In this document: positions 13,399 to 26,295 of the stretch, in pieces
Layout of the letters: each line of letters starts with the position of its first letter
How positions within the stretch are numbered: the stretch's first letter is position 1
Assembly (NCBI GenBank): GCA_030390025.1
Contig: JASTWF010000332.1
Span: 124,001-188,000 of the forward strand
DNA: 64,000 nt
Reading direction: 5' to 3'
From: Squalus acanthias
Taxonomy: Eukaryota
Translations under genes and position numbers: made by a program
Notes under the pieces: generated by a model
Told to the model about the DNA's origin: nothing
What the model saw: only the letters and a program-made list of their open reading frames with translations
Database searches by the model: none

Positions 13399-13795
13399 AA
13401 AGAGAAGACTGAGGGGTGACCTGGAGGAGGTATTTAAGATTATGAAAGCATTTGATAAAGTAGATATAGAGAAGATGTTTCCACTTGCAGGGGAGACCAG
13501 AACTAGGAAACATAAATATAAGATAGTCACTAATAAATGCAATCGGGAATTCAGGAGAAACCTATTTACCCAGAGAGTGGTGAGAATGTGGAATGCGCTA
13601 CCAGATGGAATGGCTGAGGAGAATAGCATAGATGCATTTAAGGGGAAACTAGATAAACACATGAGGGAGAAAGGAATAGAAGGTTGTGCTGATAGGGTGA
13701 GATGAGGTAGGGTGGGAGGAGGCTCGGGTGGAGCATAAACACCGGCATGGACCAGTTGGGCCAATGGCCTGTTTTTGTGCTGTACATTCTATGTA
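13399..13795 (+). mobile_element. CR1 LINE family C 3' fragment
   Basis: FPLAGETRTRKHKYK...FTQRVVRMWNALP; same tail at 22640, 31915 and 60790. Confidence 0.85.
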
Positions 13796-14204
13796 GTCCT
13801 ATGCAAGTGCAAAAGTATGCATCCAGCACTCGTTCTATAAACTGTTACCTTCTTTTTAGATTTGAAGACGTTGCATCTGAAAACGTTGCTGGAACCATCT
13901 CTGGCAATGTAACTGAAGATCTTGAGATCTTGGGAGTCATGTGACACATAGAATATCCTGTGAGGAATGAGTGTAAAGAAAGCTGGTTAGGATGATTGCA
14001 GGCTATGTCAAGTGTCACATCATGACGAGTAACAGCAGAGATTGACAGCATCCTCAGAGGCTTACTTTATAAATAACTGAGACCAGAGACATGAGCTAAA
14101 AAGGCACAAGTTGTTGAATGCCGTGCGACAGCTTCAGTCCTCATGCATTATTGAGGAACTGTGCTTCAGGTGCCAGGAACCACAGCATGATGCACCTTGT
14201 CTCC

Positions 14205-14325
14205 TGGGGACCTGAATCGTTAACCCTACATTTCTCTCTCCCTGGATGCTGCCTGACCTGCCGAGTGTATCCAGCAGCTTTCTGTTTCAATTTCAGATTT
14301 CCAGCACCTGCAGCATTTTGCCAAT
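14205..14325 (+). mobile_element. Penelope pLTR relic
   Basis: GATGCTGCCTGACCTGC..AGT..TCCAGCA...TTCAGATTTCCAGCA is the reverse complement of 37520-37620. Confidence 0.65.
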
Positions 14326-15169
14326 CCCGGGAGGGTTGATTGTCCTCCCGTCTCTCACGTTGTCACTGGAATGTCTTCACTTTTCTACTTGTGCAAAGCC
14401 AACGGGTTAAAATGAATCCTCAATGGCCAAAAGCTCGAAAGAAATAATACAACTTCAAACAAAAATAAAGAATATGCCTTTAAACGAAGTTTCTAGAAAG
14501 GTACAGAAAAGCCCAGCTGCCACAGACTGATAGGTCAGTTTTCCAAAATTATCATTTCTTTTTATTAGCCCAATATCTGACATCCATCATAAAATATTCA
14601 TGTATATCCTATTAAATGAATTCTTTAGAAGAATCGAATTTTTTCCCCTCAGAAACACCAAGTTCTTTTCCACCAGTCTCCAAAATAATTGGGTTGCCAG
14701 TGTTCATTGGGTCAAGATTAAAGCGTTTAAAATAACTTGAAACATTTTAAATTGCAACAAAAGAAATAGACGTTGAATTGCTTTAAATTCTGATTGTCTT
14801 CAAAATAAATTCCTGTAGATTATCTGAAAGGGATGCTGGCATTTAAAAGTCTCCGTTGAAATCGCATTGTTCCTGTGGTGTGAGTGACAACAGATTATCT
14901 GCAATCGTAACTAAATTACAAAGCGGCCGATTAAACTGAAAAATCATTTTGAGTCTATTATGCTTTCAATTTGGAGAACATATGGTGTACTTCCCCTCAT
15001 TAGTTAGTGATTTACGCACCAGCTTTTACACGGACGTGTCTGCGTGTGTATATAAATCCATGCCGATCGGTGCATACACACGGTGTAGAAACGGACGAGG
15101 TGCGCGTGTGTGTAAAAGTCTGATGGGAACAGGTTTGGGGTGAGAGCTTCCAACATCTTCAAAAATATA

Positions 15170-15704
15170 GGTTAGATTTCAACTCCCTCCACCGAGCAGA
15201 AACGGGCGGCAGCAGAGTTAAAGTGGAGGTTCCTCGACTCGCTGCCCCTTCCTCCCGCTCCAATGCCATGCTTCCACTGGGTGACTGAGGTGCCCGCACA
15301 AATCAGGCGGGCACCTCATTAACCTGTGCAGATCGGGGTCCCGTGACGTACATAGGAATCCGATGCCATTTTAACTGCCTACTGCGTAGAATGTCCACTG
15401 TGGATGTTCCACTCAGGTAAAACCCGGTGGAACAGAAGATGCTCTTCCAGGTAAGTCTTAATTTATAGTTGTGGGGTCCCTCAGGCTCCACAAGAATAAT
15501 GTAGGCCGCTGCCGCCCCAGGCTCTAACCCTTTCCGTGATCGCCGCCCCCTCCCGCCAACCTTTAAACTGGCTGGGTCGGCATCTAGGCCGCCCATTTGG
15601 CGCCCGCCATATACGTTAATATAGACCGGGCCTCCTGCTGGCACTAATCGGCTAGGAGGTTGGCGCACTCCGCCAATCGGCTGCCCGATAGTTAAAATCT
15701 ACTG
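15170..15704. mobile_element. Probable Harbinger-like MITE
   Basis: Imperfect TIRs GGTTAGATTTCAACT...AGTTAAAATCTAC around a GC-rich core. Confidence 0.5.
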
Positions 15705-16249
15705 TGGTATTTCATGTACCGGGATTACATTTGTGAAAGTATCAGAGCAACACACACATGTTAAGTTCAGGGAAAGATTCAACAACTTTCAAAAACACCA
15801 TTTATCTTTGATCTGCGGTGGGCAGCGAGACAAAAGCATCTAGACTTAGTGTGCTAGCATTTGCAGGCTCTGTTCCAAAAGGTCTTTACCCACAGGACGC
15901 CCATTACGTCTTGAGAACAGGATTAGGACTAATGTCAAGTGACATTGTGAAATTACAGGGATCTAATGAAACGAGCAGAACTGTGTACAAGCACGTACTA
16001 CTGACTTGAGAGGCTGAGGGGGTACAAACAGGCATTAGGGCAAAATGCTTCATTTGAACATGTCCTCAGGAAATGATTACAGTACTTTTAAGCTGTTTTG
16101 ATGCAGCAGTAGACACGAGGTGAAAACAGTGATTGAACAGACATGTTTTAGGCCCTCTGAATCCATAGTTTGCACAAATCCAATTATATGACCTGAAATC
16201 ATTTACCATGCATGAGTGGTTCGCTGGGACAAAGGAGACTACCAATTGT

Positions 16250-16570
16250 GGCCAGAGGAGGAAGAGGAAAGGGAGCAGCAGTGAGGAGAGTGTGCCAGAG
16301 CTGCACCAGGTGCCGTCAGAGCAGCACATCGGAGGGGGTTTGCCTGTAGACGACCCGACCAGACCCTCCCCTCCACATAAGGTCTATGGACCCAGCATCG
16401 GTTACCAGGAGCTCGCTCCGGAGTAATGGGGCAAGACACCAGAGTGTTGAAACAGCGCTTCAGATGCCTGGTTAAATCTGGGGGGACTCCTTCAACACCG
16501 ACCCCATCGAGTCTCCCGTGTCGTGGTCACCTGCTGCGTCCTGCATATTCTGGCCTTGCAACTGGCCCAA
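16250..16570 (+). pseudogene. PIF/Harbinger (HARBI1-like) transposase relic
   Basis: VLKQRFRCLVKSGG, frameshift, LLQHRPHRVSRVVVTCCVLHILAL, matching the Harbinger C-terminal motif; preceded by an N-terminal-like PPHKVYGPSIGYQEL. Confidence 0.75.
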
Positions 16571-16898
16571 GACATCAAGCCAAAGGGTTCTGTGTCTCCA
16601 AAGTGAGCACAGGTCACACACCGTTGAATTGCGGCACGCAGAAAAATAAAGTAAAACGGGGGCAGCACTGGATTCCACGCAATAAATGGATTCTGGTGTG
16701 GGACCTGTCAAACAGAGCGAGGAATCTGCTGGCAGATGTTTGGTCCTTGCCGCAAATTCTTGGGATAGTTTCAATCAATCAGCGAGAGCTGTTAATCTCA
16801 TTACTGGGAATGAGTCACAGATCATCCTTCACTGTATCTATTAATGCTTTCAAGTGGTAAATAAATAATCCATGTTCTGTGTGTGTATTAGTGACATT

Positions 16899-17502
16899 GG
16901 CCTGGATATTAACAGGGATGGGTTACGTAGGCCGGGGGTGCGGAGTTTTGGATGGGAAACCGGGAAGTCCGGGTTTTCAGGCATGCTGTGGAGTTTTAAC
17001 TTCACAATGTGCGTCTTTTGGCCCCGACAGGGTGACTTCCAGGCGGGGAACCTGATTGCCAGGCGGGAAGCACTTTGGAGCAGGCCGCAGGACGGTCCGA
17101 TTCTCAACCCCTTGGTCGGGGGTGTGGTGGTGGGGGGCGGAGGGGGGGGGGGGTCGGCGAGCTTGGGGAGCCGGGGAGAAGCACTCCTGCTCCTCCTGGC
17201 TCACAAGCAGTGCTGTGAAGGCACATACTTTCTCCCCGAAGCTGTCCTTGCCTCCCCGAGGCCCGGGAAACCCAAGCTACCTACTGTAAACCCTGCAGAG
17301 CAGGTTAAATCAGAGGTTGCCAGCCTCATGAAAATATCTAAATTGCCAACCTGCCGCCTGGGAGCAGGTTGGCTGCCCGCCCCTTGTCTCGCCGCTGTAA
17401 AGCCCAGAAGTGAACGGGTTGGGGTCGGGTTTAAGATTTTTAAAATTTTAACATTTGACCCGAAACCCAACCCACCCGTTTTTATGTGCTAAAATTCAGC
17501 CC
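16899..17502. mobile_element. Harbinger-like MITE
   Basis: TIRs GGCCTGGATATTAAC...GCTAAAATTCAGCCC; 3-bp flanks ATT/ACT. Confidence 0.7.
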
Positions 17503-17574
17503 ACTGTAAACGTTGCAGGAAGATTTGATTACATTCCCTCTGATTCCCTGTACATTAGTGACATTATAAACATA

Positions 17575-17955
17575 CAACAATAACTTGCATTTACACCGCG
17601 CTTTTAATGTAGGAAAGCATCCCAAGGTGCTTCACAGGAGCGTTAACAAGCAAAAATGGACTCCAATCCAAAGGATGAGATATTAGGACAGATGGCTAAA
17701 AACTTGGTTAAAGAGGTGGGTTTTAAGGAGCGACTTAAAAGGAGGAAAGAGAGGCAGAGAAATTTAGGGAGGGAATTCCTGAGCTTAGGAGCTAGATGGT
17801 TGAAGGCACGGCCGCCAATGGTGGAGCGAAGGAAGTGGGGGGATGCACAAGAGCCCAGAATTGGAGGAATGCAGAGATCTCGAAGGGTTGTAGGGTTGGA
17901 GCAGGTTACAGAGATAAGGAGGCGCGAGTCCATGGACCAATTTGAACACGAGGAA
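17575..17955 (-). mobile_element. L2 LINE 3' fragment
   Basis: STIGGRAFNHLAPKLRNSLP; tail matches 30580 and 42750. Confidence 0.85.
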
Positions 17956-17964
17956 ATTTTTTTT

Positions 17965-19045
17965 TAAACTTGGAAGTGTAGTGTACAGTGAGGAAGATAG
18001 TAATAGACTTCAAGAGGACATAGGCAGGCTGGTGGAATGGGCAGAAACATGGCAGATGAAATTCAACACAGAAAAGTGAGAGGTGATACATTTTGGTTGG
18101 AAGAATGAGGAGACAATACATGCTAAATGGTACAGCTTTAAAGGGGGTGCAAGAACAGAGAGACCTGGGCAATGATCCCGTTAATTATTTTATTTTTTTG
18201 GGTGTGTGGCCCCTTTAAGGGGCTGCACGGCCCATTCAAAATACCGCGCATGCCCGGTTTTTCCTATTTAAAAGCCGGTGAGCTGGCTGCGCAGGAGCTG
18301 CAGAGCGCTGCGCGGCCACACAGCTTAAAGGGAACATTAGACCTGGGGTGTTTGTGCACAAATGTTTGAAGGTGGCAGGACAGGTTAACAAACAGTTAAT
18401 AAAGCATATGGGATCCTTGGCTTTATAATTAGAGGCAGAGAGTACAAAAGCCAGGAAGTTATGCTAAACCTATATAAAACACTAGTTCGGCCCCAGCTGG
18501 AGTATTGGGTCCAATTCTGGGCACCTCACTTTAGGAAAGACGTGAAGGCTTTGGAGAGGGTACAGCAGAGATTTACTAGAATGGTTCCAGGGATGAGGGA
18601 TTACAGTTACGTGGATAGACTGGAGAGGCTGGGGTTGTTCTCCTTGGAGCAGAGAAGGCTAAGAGGAGATTTGATAGAGGTGTTTATTTACTCTAGCTAA
18701 ACCTTTCATGATTTTAAAGAGAAACTGTCTCCAATGGCTGAAGGATCAATAATCAAAGGGCACAGATTTAAGGTGATTGGGCAAAGAACCAGAGGCGACA
18801 TGAGGAAAAACCTTTTTACGCAACGCGTGGTTTGGATTTGGAACGCACTGGCTGATGGGGTGGTGGATGTAGATTCAGTAGTAGCCTTCAAAAGGGAATT
18901 GGAAAAATACTTGAAGGAGAAAAAATTGCAGGGATATGGGGAAAGAGCAAGGGAGTGGGACTGACTGGGTTGGTCTTCGAAAGAGCTGGTGCAGACTCAA
19001 TGGGCCGAATGACCTCCTTCTGTGCCGTACTATGATTCTATTCTA
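17965..19045 (+). mobile_element. CR1 LINE 3' part with nested hAT MITE and micro-inversion
   Basis: LYKTLVRPQLEYWVQFWAPH, FTQRVV; tail TATGATTCTATTCTAT. Confidence 0.9.
18170..18339. mobile_element. 170-bp hAT MITE nested in CR1
   Basis: Perfect 8-bp TSD GACCTGGG (18162-18169, 18340-18347); TIRs CAATGATCCC...GGGAACATTA. Confidence 0.85.
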
Positions 19046-19054
19046 TCGAGGCGT

Positions 19055-20415
19055 TAAGAACATAAGAATTAGGAGCAGGAGTAGGCCATACGGTCCTTCA
19101 AGCCTGCTCCGCCATTCAATAAGATCATGGCTCATCTTAGACCTCAACTCCACTTTCCTGCCCAATTCCCATATCCCGATTCCCCAATAATCCAAAAATC
19201 TATCTCTCTCAGCCTTGAATATACTCAAAGACTCAGTATCCACAGCCCTCTGGTGTAGAGAATTCCAAAGATTCACAACCCTCTGAGTGAAGAAATTCCT
19301 CCTCATCTCAGTCTTAAATGGCCGACCCCTTATCCTGAGACTATGCCCCCTAGTTCTAGGCTCTACAGCCAGGGGAAACAACCTCTCAGCATCTACCCTG
19401 TCAACCCCCCTCAGAATCTTGTATGTTCAAATGAGATCACCTCTCATTCTTCTAAACTCCAGAGTGTATAGGTCCAATCTACTCAATCTCTCCTCATAGG
19501 ATAACCCTCACATCCCAGGGATCAATCTAGTGAACCTTCGTTGCACTGCCTCTGAGGCATGTATGTCCTTTCTGAGATAAGGAGATCAAAACTATGCACA
19601 GTACTCCAGGTGTGGTCTCACCAAGGCCCTGTACAATTGTAGCAAGACTTCCTCACTCTTGTACTCTAACCCCCTTGCAATAAAGTCCAACATGCCATTT
19701 GCCTTCCTTATTGCTTGCTGTACCTGCGTGCTAACTTTCTGTGTTTCCTGTACGAGGACACCTAAAATATTCTGTTTTTCCAGTCTTCCTCACATTATAC
19801 TGTACTCCATCTGCCACCTTACTGCCCACTCACTGAACCTGTCTATATCCCTTTGTGCCCTCCTCACAGCTTACTTTCCCACCTAGCTTTGTATCATCAG
19901 CAAATTTGGATACATTACACTCAAGTCACTTCAACTAAGTCATTAATATAAATTGTAAATAGCTGAGGCCCAAGCACTGATCCTTGCAGCACCCCACTAG
20001 TTACAGCCTGCCAACTGGAAAATGACCCGTTTATTCCTACTCTGTTTTCTGTCCGTTAACCAATCCTCTATCCATGTTAATATATTACCCCAACCCCATG
20101 AGCCCTTATCTTGCATAGCAACCTTTGATGAGGCACCTTATCGAAAGCCTTTTGGAAATCCAAATATACTACGTCCACTGGTTGTATCTACCCTGCTAGT
20201 TACATCCTCAAAAACTCTAAGAAATTTGTTAAGCACGATTTCCCTTTCATAAAACCATGTTGGCTCTGTCTAATCATATTATGATTTTCTAAGTGCCCTG
20301 ATACCACTTCCTTACTAATGGATTCCAGCAATTTCCCGATGACTGATGTCAGACTAACTGGCCTGTAGTTCCCTGTTTTCTCTCTCCCTCCTTTCTTGAA
20401 CAGCAGGGTTACATT
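19055..20415 (-). mobile_element. CR1 LINE family B, 5'-truncated
   Basis: NYRPVSLTSVIGK, SQHGFMKGKSCLTN, FFTQRVVNLWNSL; tail (TTCTTATG)n. Confidence 0.9.
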
Positions 20416-21134
20416 TATAGTTGGTGGACTGAAAGGATAACAGGAAGATTTCCTCTGTTCTATATTTCGAGCAAGGTTGTAAACACATTCTAATTCCACT
20501 GAAATTGTACATTTCGAGCAAAAAGAGGAAATCTCCACAAGTGTATTTACAATGTTGCTACATAGAGACCAGAGGAATTCTTACCCCACTCTCCTACTAC
20601 GAGATAAAGGGCACTTATCTAAGCAGCTTTTCTTCCTTTGACGGCAAGTTACACACTATCAGCCTGTACGGTATTATAAGAGCAAGCTCAGGAATCCAGC
20701 TTACACAACAAATGAAAATAAAAGGAAGGAGGAAATGAAGAAGTGAATAAAAATAACTGAAGCGGAATTCTCCTTGTCTGAGGCAAATACTAACAGATGG
20801 TTTGAGATTAACTCGACGGTCTGATTGCTGGATCGCTTTGGTGCTGGAACAGCAGAGGCTTTTAATAGGAGATTGTCTTATCCTCTAATTATCTGTTACG
20901 TTTCTCTGGTGATAGCATGCCTTCAACAAGGCTCTCAGTGAACAAAGACAAAGCAGAGGCTTACTGTGTACCATGAACGTTATTTGCTACCTTTTCTAAG
21001 AGAGGGTGTAATTCTTTCTCCTCAGCCAGCGAAAGCAGCAAGAACACAAATAAATCTGATTAAATGTATCGATGTTTTACATCAACATGTCCCAGCCCTT
21101 CCCTCACACCAAGATCGTTACTTCTCAAACTTTC

Positions 21135-21705
21135 TCCACTTCTCCTGAAGGCGCCAATTCCTGCTGGGGTACAGTTCCCTATATGCCAACTGCAGCCAGT
21201 ACCTCTCCCAAATGGCCATTCTTCACATGTGCCCTTACAGAGCGAGTGTCAGCAAGCTATGCTGCAGCAGGGGCACCAGAGCCGATTCTGTCCCTAGCCA
21301 ATATCCACCAGCAAACAGTTTCCAGCAATAGTCACTGGATATCAATTAGGAGTTGGAACCTCGGTTGATTATTTCTTCTCCTTCGCCCTCAGCCCGGGGA
21401 TAATGGCGCCAATTCATAGAATCATACAGCACAGAAGGAGGCCATTCACTCCATCGTGTCTGCGCCGGCTCTTTCGAAGAGCAATCCAGCTAGCCCCACT
21501 CACCCGCTCTTTCTCCATATCACTGCAATTTTTTCTGCTTCAAGTATTTATCCAATTCCCTTTTAAAGGGCTACTATTGACTCTGTATTCACCACCCTAT
21601 CGGGCAGTGCATTCCAAATTGTAGCCCCCTACTCTCATCTCATGCCACAGACTAGGGTTCAAACCTGGAACCTGTGGAGCTCAGCAACTCATGGCTTTCA
21701 CCAAC
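21135..21705 (-). mobile_element. Ancient tRNA-SINE relic (UCON3-like, from memory) interrupted by a CR1 3' fragment at 21415-21625
   Basis: Minus strand ATATCCAGTGAC...GCTGACACTCGCT...GAAGAATGGCCA...CTGTACCCCAGCA; head-like GGTTCCAGGTTTGAACC; related sequence at 40260-40430. Confidence 0.45.
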
Positions 21706-22134
21706 TGCAATCTCAATCATGATGTTGCCAATGTGACTACATAAATTAAAATGAAAATTAATTTGACCGGATGAGTCATTGTTTCTTATCTTCCCTGCAA
21801 GTGCAGCTTTATATAATGCTCGTACTATACTGCATATCATTGCTTTTTTTATTTTAACCCTCAGTATTACAGGAGTGTAACTTCTGTAGGTTTGATAAAT
21901 TAACACAGAAAAATACCAATTTATCCTCCAGATGAGAAAATAAGAATAAAACTGATGGGAGATTTGTTCTTGGGCTTAATTGTGGTTTTTTTTTAAGACC
22001 CGTAGACTAAACCAGGTGCTCAGTCATGTGCACAGTTAAATGCCTCGCACTTTTAATCACTGCACAGTACTTCAATGATATTAAAAAGTATGGGATCAGT
22101 GAGCTGACAGCACTGGTGCCCAGCCTTTATTTTT

Positions 22135-22478
22135 TATATTCGTTCCTGGGATGTGGGCATTGCTGGCAAGGCCAGCATTTATTGCCCATCCCCAATTGCC
22201 CTTGAGAAGGTGGTGGTGAGCTGCCTTCTTGAACCGCTGCAGTCAGTGTGGTGAAGGTACTCCCACAGTGCTGTTAGGGAGGGAGTTCCAGGATTTTGAC
22301 CCAGCAACGATGAAGGATCGGCGATATACTTCCAAATCAGGATGGTGTGTGACTTGGAGGTGATGATGTTCCCATGCGCCTGCTGTCCATGTCCTTCTAG
22401 GTGGTAGAGGTTGTGGGTTTGGGAGGTGCTGTCGAAGAAGTCTCGGCAAGTTGCTGCAGTGCATTTTGTAGATGGTGG
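22135..22478 (-). mobile_element. Invertebrate-type CR1-group LINE 3' fragment
   Basis: Colinear with 45241-45590. Confidence 0.85.
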
Positions 22479-22639
22479 TTACTGAAATTGTGCTGGAATA
22501 GATCAGACTAAATCATGGGCAGTATTAATATGTAGTTTTGGGCAGTTATCACAGGCTGAATTGGCTGGAGTTGCAAATGTGTGACCAAGCAATATCAGCT
22601 CAAGGCAATTGCTTAATTACATTTCCAACATTGTAAGCC

Positions 22640-23068
22640 ATTGATGCATTTATGAGGAAGCTGGGAAAGTACATGAGGGAGAAAGGAATAGAAGGATATG
22701 CTGATAGGATGAGATGAAGTAAGGTGGGAGGAGGCTCATGTGGAGCATAAACACCGGCATGAACCAGTTGGGCCGAATGGCCTGTTTCTGTGCTGTCATT
22801 TCTATGTAATTTCTTAAAACAGGTAATATTATTCATTTATAATGTGGGGATCAATGAAATGCGAATGTACAATATAACCTTGTTTATTTGTTATTTTGAG
22901 ACGGGAAGAGCTGCACACAACCCTAACAGCACTGTGGGAGTACCTTCACCACACGGACTGCAGTGGTTCAAGAGGAAGGCTCAGCACCACCTTCTCAAGG
23001 GCATCTAGGGTTGGGCAATAAATGCCAGCCTTGCCAGTGACACCCACATCCCAAGAATGAAAAATAAA
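22640..23068 (+). mobile_element. CR1 family C tail (22640-22810) and CR1-group LINE tail (22920-23068)
   Basis: Match to 13630-13795 and 2765-2893. Confidence 0.8.
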
Positions 23069-23649
23069 ATCAAGACAAGCATCTGACTACAATATGTGGA
23101 TTTCACTAAGTGATAATTTAAGAGATGTGGAGAAAAGAATACAGCAGGATGTTCCACAGCGGAGGAGGACAAACAGTACATTTTCTGAATCTAGGGCTAA
23201 TTGCAAGACTAATGAGAGACCACAGACGATACACCAGCACTCATTTTAGAACATGTGCAGAGTATTTAGCCGTCACCACTGCTCATGGAGTATAACCATC
23301 CACAAAAGGCTGAGCGGCCTGTCTCCCTGTTGGAATTTCTGTGTAATTGTATGCAATTGCATTAACGTTTACCACACTAACTGGTGATCAGAGAAACTTC
23401 CTCTTGCCTGCTCATAACAAAATCCTTGGGATTCTTACTTCACCAAACAGTCAACAGTGGGACATTGCATGCTGTGTTATCTCCCATCCACTCATTGCGG
23501 AGTAGGTTGTGGGCTAGGGCATCTTGCTCTCTAATCTAAATGCAGCTACATGGTGTCAAGTACCTACAGCAGGGCCATAGGGGAAGTAATGTAAAAGATA
23601 CAAATCATAAGCTTGACAATGCTGTTGCTACTGTCCCCCCCCCCCCCCC

Positions 23650-23987
23650 CCCCCACCTTATCTCTGTAACCTTTTCCGGCCCTACAGCCCTCCAAGAACT
23701 CTGCGTTCCTCCAATTCTGGCCCCTTGCGCATCCCCGACTTCCTTCGCCCCACCACTGGCGGCCGTACCTTTAGCTGTCTAGGCGCTAAGCGCGGGAATT
23801 CCCTCCACAAACCTCTCCGCTTCTCTACCTCTTCTCCTTTAAAGGCATTCCTTAAAACCTACCTCTTTGACCAAAACTTTTGTCCTAATGTCTCCTTCTT
23901 TGGCTTGACGTCAATTTCTTTGACTGACAATACTCCTGTGAAGCACCTTGAGACATTTAAAGGTGCTATATAAATCCAAGTTGTTGT
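23650..23987 (+). mobile_element. L2 LINE 3' fragment
   Basis: TGGRTFSCLG...FLKTYLFDQ; tail GCTATATAAAT.CAAGTTGTTG. Confidence 0.85.
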
Positions 23988-24429
23988 ACATGTTTGTTCA
24001 GAATGATACCAGAGATATTAATCTTCATTGACAAATACAGTTGAAGATTTACATCATTTTATAGAAGAAATATTGGCTGTTCCCTCCTCACTCTCGCTAT
24101 TCCGCACATAACAGTTAGGCCTTTCTCTAAGTTCACTCTAAGCTGTGTTGTGTCACCAAAGTCCCACCGGGTGCCCACAACTGTCTGGCCTACAGACTTC
24201 TCCATGGTCCCACTAATACTGCTACATGACTATCCAAGATGTACCAATGAACTATTAGTTACGCCCAATCTTCCTTCAGTTGAGACATTCCAGATGGATA
24301 GAGGCCCAAAGGCTGGGATTCTGCCCAACTAAGCTGCTTGTACAAATGCTTGGCCTGGGATCAAATCTTGGCCATCAGAACCCCACTAGGTTTTGGCAAC
24401 CTCAACCCAGCTCCTGGTACAAAACCACT

Positions 24430-24722
24430 GCTAATTGGCATGAAATTGGACGTAGTAGATCCCACGGCACTATTTCACAGTAGAGCATGGAAGTTCTCCC
24501 GGGTATCCTGGTCAATATTTATCCCTCAACAAACATCACTAAAAATATCTGGTCATCATCACATTGCTGATTGTGTGACCTTGCTGTGCGCAAATTGGCT
24601 GCCATGTTTCCCCACATTACAACAGTGACTACGCTTCAAAAGAACTTCATTGGCTGTAAAGCGTTTTGGGACGTCCTGAGGTCATGAAAGGCGCTATATA
24701 AATGCAAGTTCGTTCTTTCTTT
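24430..24722 (+). mobile_element. DeuSINE, 5'-truncated
   Basis: Core and tail match 62330-62594. Confidence 0.8.
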
Positions 24723-25859
24723 TTTTGTTTTAAATTTGGCAATATGACTCGGCATGGGCATGGTGTGGAAAATGGGAAAAATATTACACTGTTGAAGCAG
24801 GGGGTGCTTTTCTGATATTGGGACACTTAGAGGGAGCTTTACACAGCATCTATCTGTGCCGTACCCAACCTGGAAGCTCTTAATGCCGAGTGCTCTATTC
24901 CCTAGTACGGCTGAAGTCACACCAATGTGCGCTGCAAAGGGAACACAAAATACACACACACACAAAAAAAGTCAGGAGGAAAAGGATTATAAACGAAAAC
25001 AAAAAAAAAAAGATTGCATACAACTTGTGCATACAGAGTATCCCACCACACACATTTACTGAAGATCCTTTATTAAATACAAAAAGTGCTTTTACAAAAG
25101 CAAGCTTTATCAAACTGGCTTCAGATTATTAATTTTTTCCCAGATGGATTGCATTAGGGTCATTAATCAAAATTGGCGAGCAACTGCTGTAGCATATTAC
25201 ATGGAGAATTTTAGAAGAACCTGCGCTGCTTTCTCTCATTATTCAGAAACAGAGCCATTTAGATCATCAATCCACTTCAATGACAAAAACATGCATAATC
25301 CAGCGCACAGAAATCACAGTTCCACAAAGGTTAGCCTCGAATTACCGCAACCCATACCACACTCATTGAAAAGCCAATTTTCACCTGTCAGTTTGACAGG
25401 AAAAAGTTTGGGGATGTGTGACTGCAATTCCTATCCGACTGCAATTCCTATCCAGCCAGTGCAGATTTGTATCACTAAAATTTAATTTATTTCAAATAGA
25501 AAATTTATTTTTATTTTTCTCTCCTACGAGGTTACTGAAGGATGCTTCGCCACTCTTAGAAATAGCAAATGGACTAAACTGCCATTATTCACAATTAGCA
25601 AAGGAAGTCTCTTGGTTACCCTTGGGAAGAGCTGCACATTGTTGGATATTTTTACGATTGCATTCACATCACAGGGCATTGCAAGAATACCACAATGCAC
25701 CTGGTTCCAACTGTTGTCTATCACTGGTAAATCTCGATGCATTTAATATCTGTAAACTTTTCTTTTAATCTTCACATACAAAGTAGTTCTTAACGTGGTT
25801 AAAAAAAAAGGCTGAATAAATGCGCCTGCTTTTAACCTTTTACGGTCTGAAGCAGTAGA

Positions 25860-26295
25860 ATTATAGAATCTTGCAGCACATTTAGCCCATCGTGCCCGTG
25901 CTGTCTCTTTGAAAGAGCTATCCAATTAGTCCCACTTCCCTACCCTTTCCCCATAGCCCTGCAATCATCTCCCCTTCAAGTATTTATCCAATTCCCTTTT
26001 TGAAAGTTACTATTAAATCTGCTTCCATCACCCTTTCAGGCAGTGCATTCCAGATCATAACTTGCGGTGTAAAAACAAATTCTCGTCTCCCCTCTGGTTC
26101 TTTTGCCAATTACCTTATATCTGTGTCCTCTGGTTACCTACCCTTCTGCCAGTGGAAACAGTTTCTCCTTATTTACTCTATCAAAAGCATTCATGATTTT
26201 GTACACCTCTATTAAATCTCCTCTTAACCTTCTCTGCTCTCAGGAGAACAAGCCCTGCTTCTCTCGTCAGCCCTGCTTCTCTCGTCTCTCTACGT
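25860..26295 (-). mobile_element. CR1 3' fragment
   Basis: Matches 6000-6430; 18-bp tandem duplication AGCCCTGCTTCTCTCGTC near the truncation point. Confidence 0.85.

Noticed and set aside
16872..17492. 206-aa ORF
   Set aside because: It coincides with a GC-rich MITE and looks like a chance open frame.
25420..25453. 17-bp tandem duplication GACTGCAATTCCTATCC
   Set aside because: An ordinary slippage duplication with no further structure.
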